A stretch of 64,000 bases of DNA, taken from the NCBI GenBank assembly GCA_965113315.1, contig OZ220377.1. One strand, written 5' to 3'. Below the pieces are notes generated by a model. It did not search any database. It was not told the DNA's origin and was given only the letters and a program-made list of their open reading frames with translations. Below are positions 63,211-64,000 of this stretch, one piece after another (within the stretch, counting starts at the first letter, position 1; each line of letters begins with the position of its first letter). The stretch is from Podarcis vaucheri (lineage: Eukaryota). A program made the translations under genes and the position numbers.

Positions 63211-64000
63211 CTACAGAGGAAGAAAGGATGAACCAAAGAACAAAAGGAAGAAGATAAAAGAAAGAAGAGATAAAGAAGAAAAAAGGTGGTAATTTGAAGA
63301 GACAGGGGAAGAAATGGAGCAGAAAATGGCAGTAAAAATGTGAAGAAAAGGGAAGAGGGTGAAAAAAGACCAAGACCCACATGAGAGCAGGGAGGGGAAA
63401 CAGAATGGAAGGGGAAAAAGCAAAAGGTAATTAGTTCAGCAAAAGGCAAATGATTAACAAACAGAAAGTGGCAGAGTAAATCAGGGACAGAAGAATCGAA
63501 ACTGGATTTTTCATGAATGAAACCAAAAATCATATTCAACCCCATGGCAAGATTGTTGTGAGCCCCTTGGAAATGGAGAGTGGAAGCTGACGTTAACATT
63601 CAACCTTTCTGCAAGCCAAAGAAACCATTGCAATAGGGAAAATGATAGGAAGCGCCAAGGAGAAGAGAAAATGGCAGGAATGAGCTCCCCAAGGAAGTGT
63701 GGTCAATCCATACCATGGCAGTTAACATCTCAATAGAGGCTCCACCTGAGATCATAGGGAAGAAGAAAAAGAAAAGAAAAAGAAGAGCAGAAGGCCCTTT
63801 GACCACATCCCCTAGTCCTGAAGAGAACTTTTCATTAAGAATGAAAGTCTATCCCATTCAGAGACGCTCCCTCTAGAAGGATGCTCTGGCTTATACCTTT
63901 CACCCATAGCAGCTCTGTGCAGAAGGATTTTACAAAAGGGACTGGGTTCTGAAGAGTGCTCCTAGTGCAACCAATATCAACTTGCAAAATGCCAATAATC

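Overview
Vertebrate (squamate, most likely lacertid lizard, judged from a young Sauria SINE and lizard-type MITEs) genomic DNA carrying the conserved GCK(-) / YKT6(+) / CAMK2B(-) block. It holds the neuroendocrine/beta-cell first exon of GCK (MLDHRTRMDSSKKGK) with an RFX X-box-rich promoter, a complete 198-aa YKT6 gene (a probable non-coding exon in a CpG island plus 7 coding exons, ending CCEIM), and the 3' part of CAMK2B (linker exons, hub-domain exons, a 3'-UTR intron and a possibly ~9.6-kb 3' UTR). The most striking feature is a tandem array in the CAMK2B linker: five homologous 129-nt phase-1/phase-1 proline-rich cassette exons plus a divergent 120-nt exon. Mammalian betaM has three such exons; full inclusion here would add 255 aa. 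The introns also contain speculative unannotated exons that could give hub-less tail-anchored or kinase-less CaMKII-beta forms. Most ORFs in the supplied track are spurious. Coordinates were counted by hand; comparisons with human are from recalled knowledge, not database searches.
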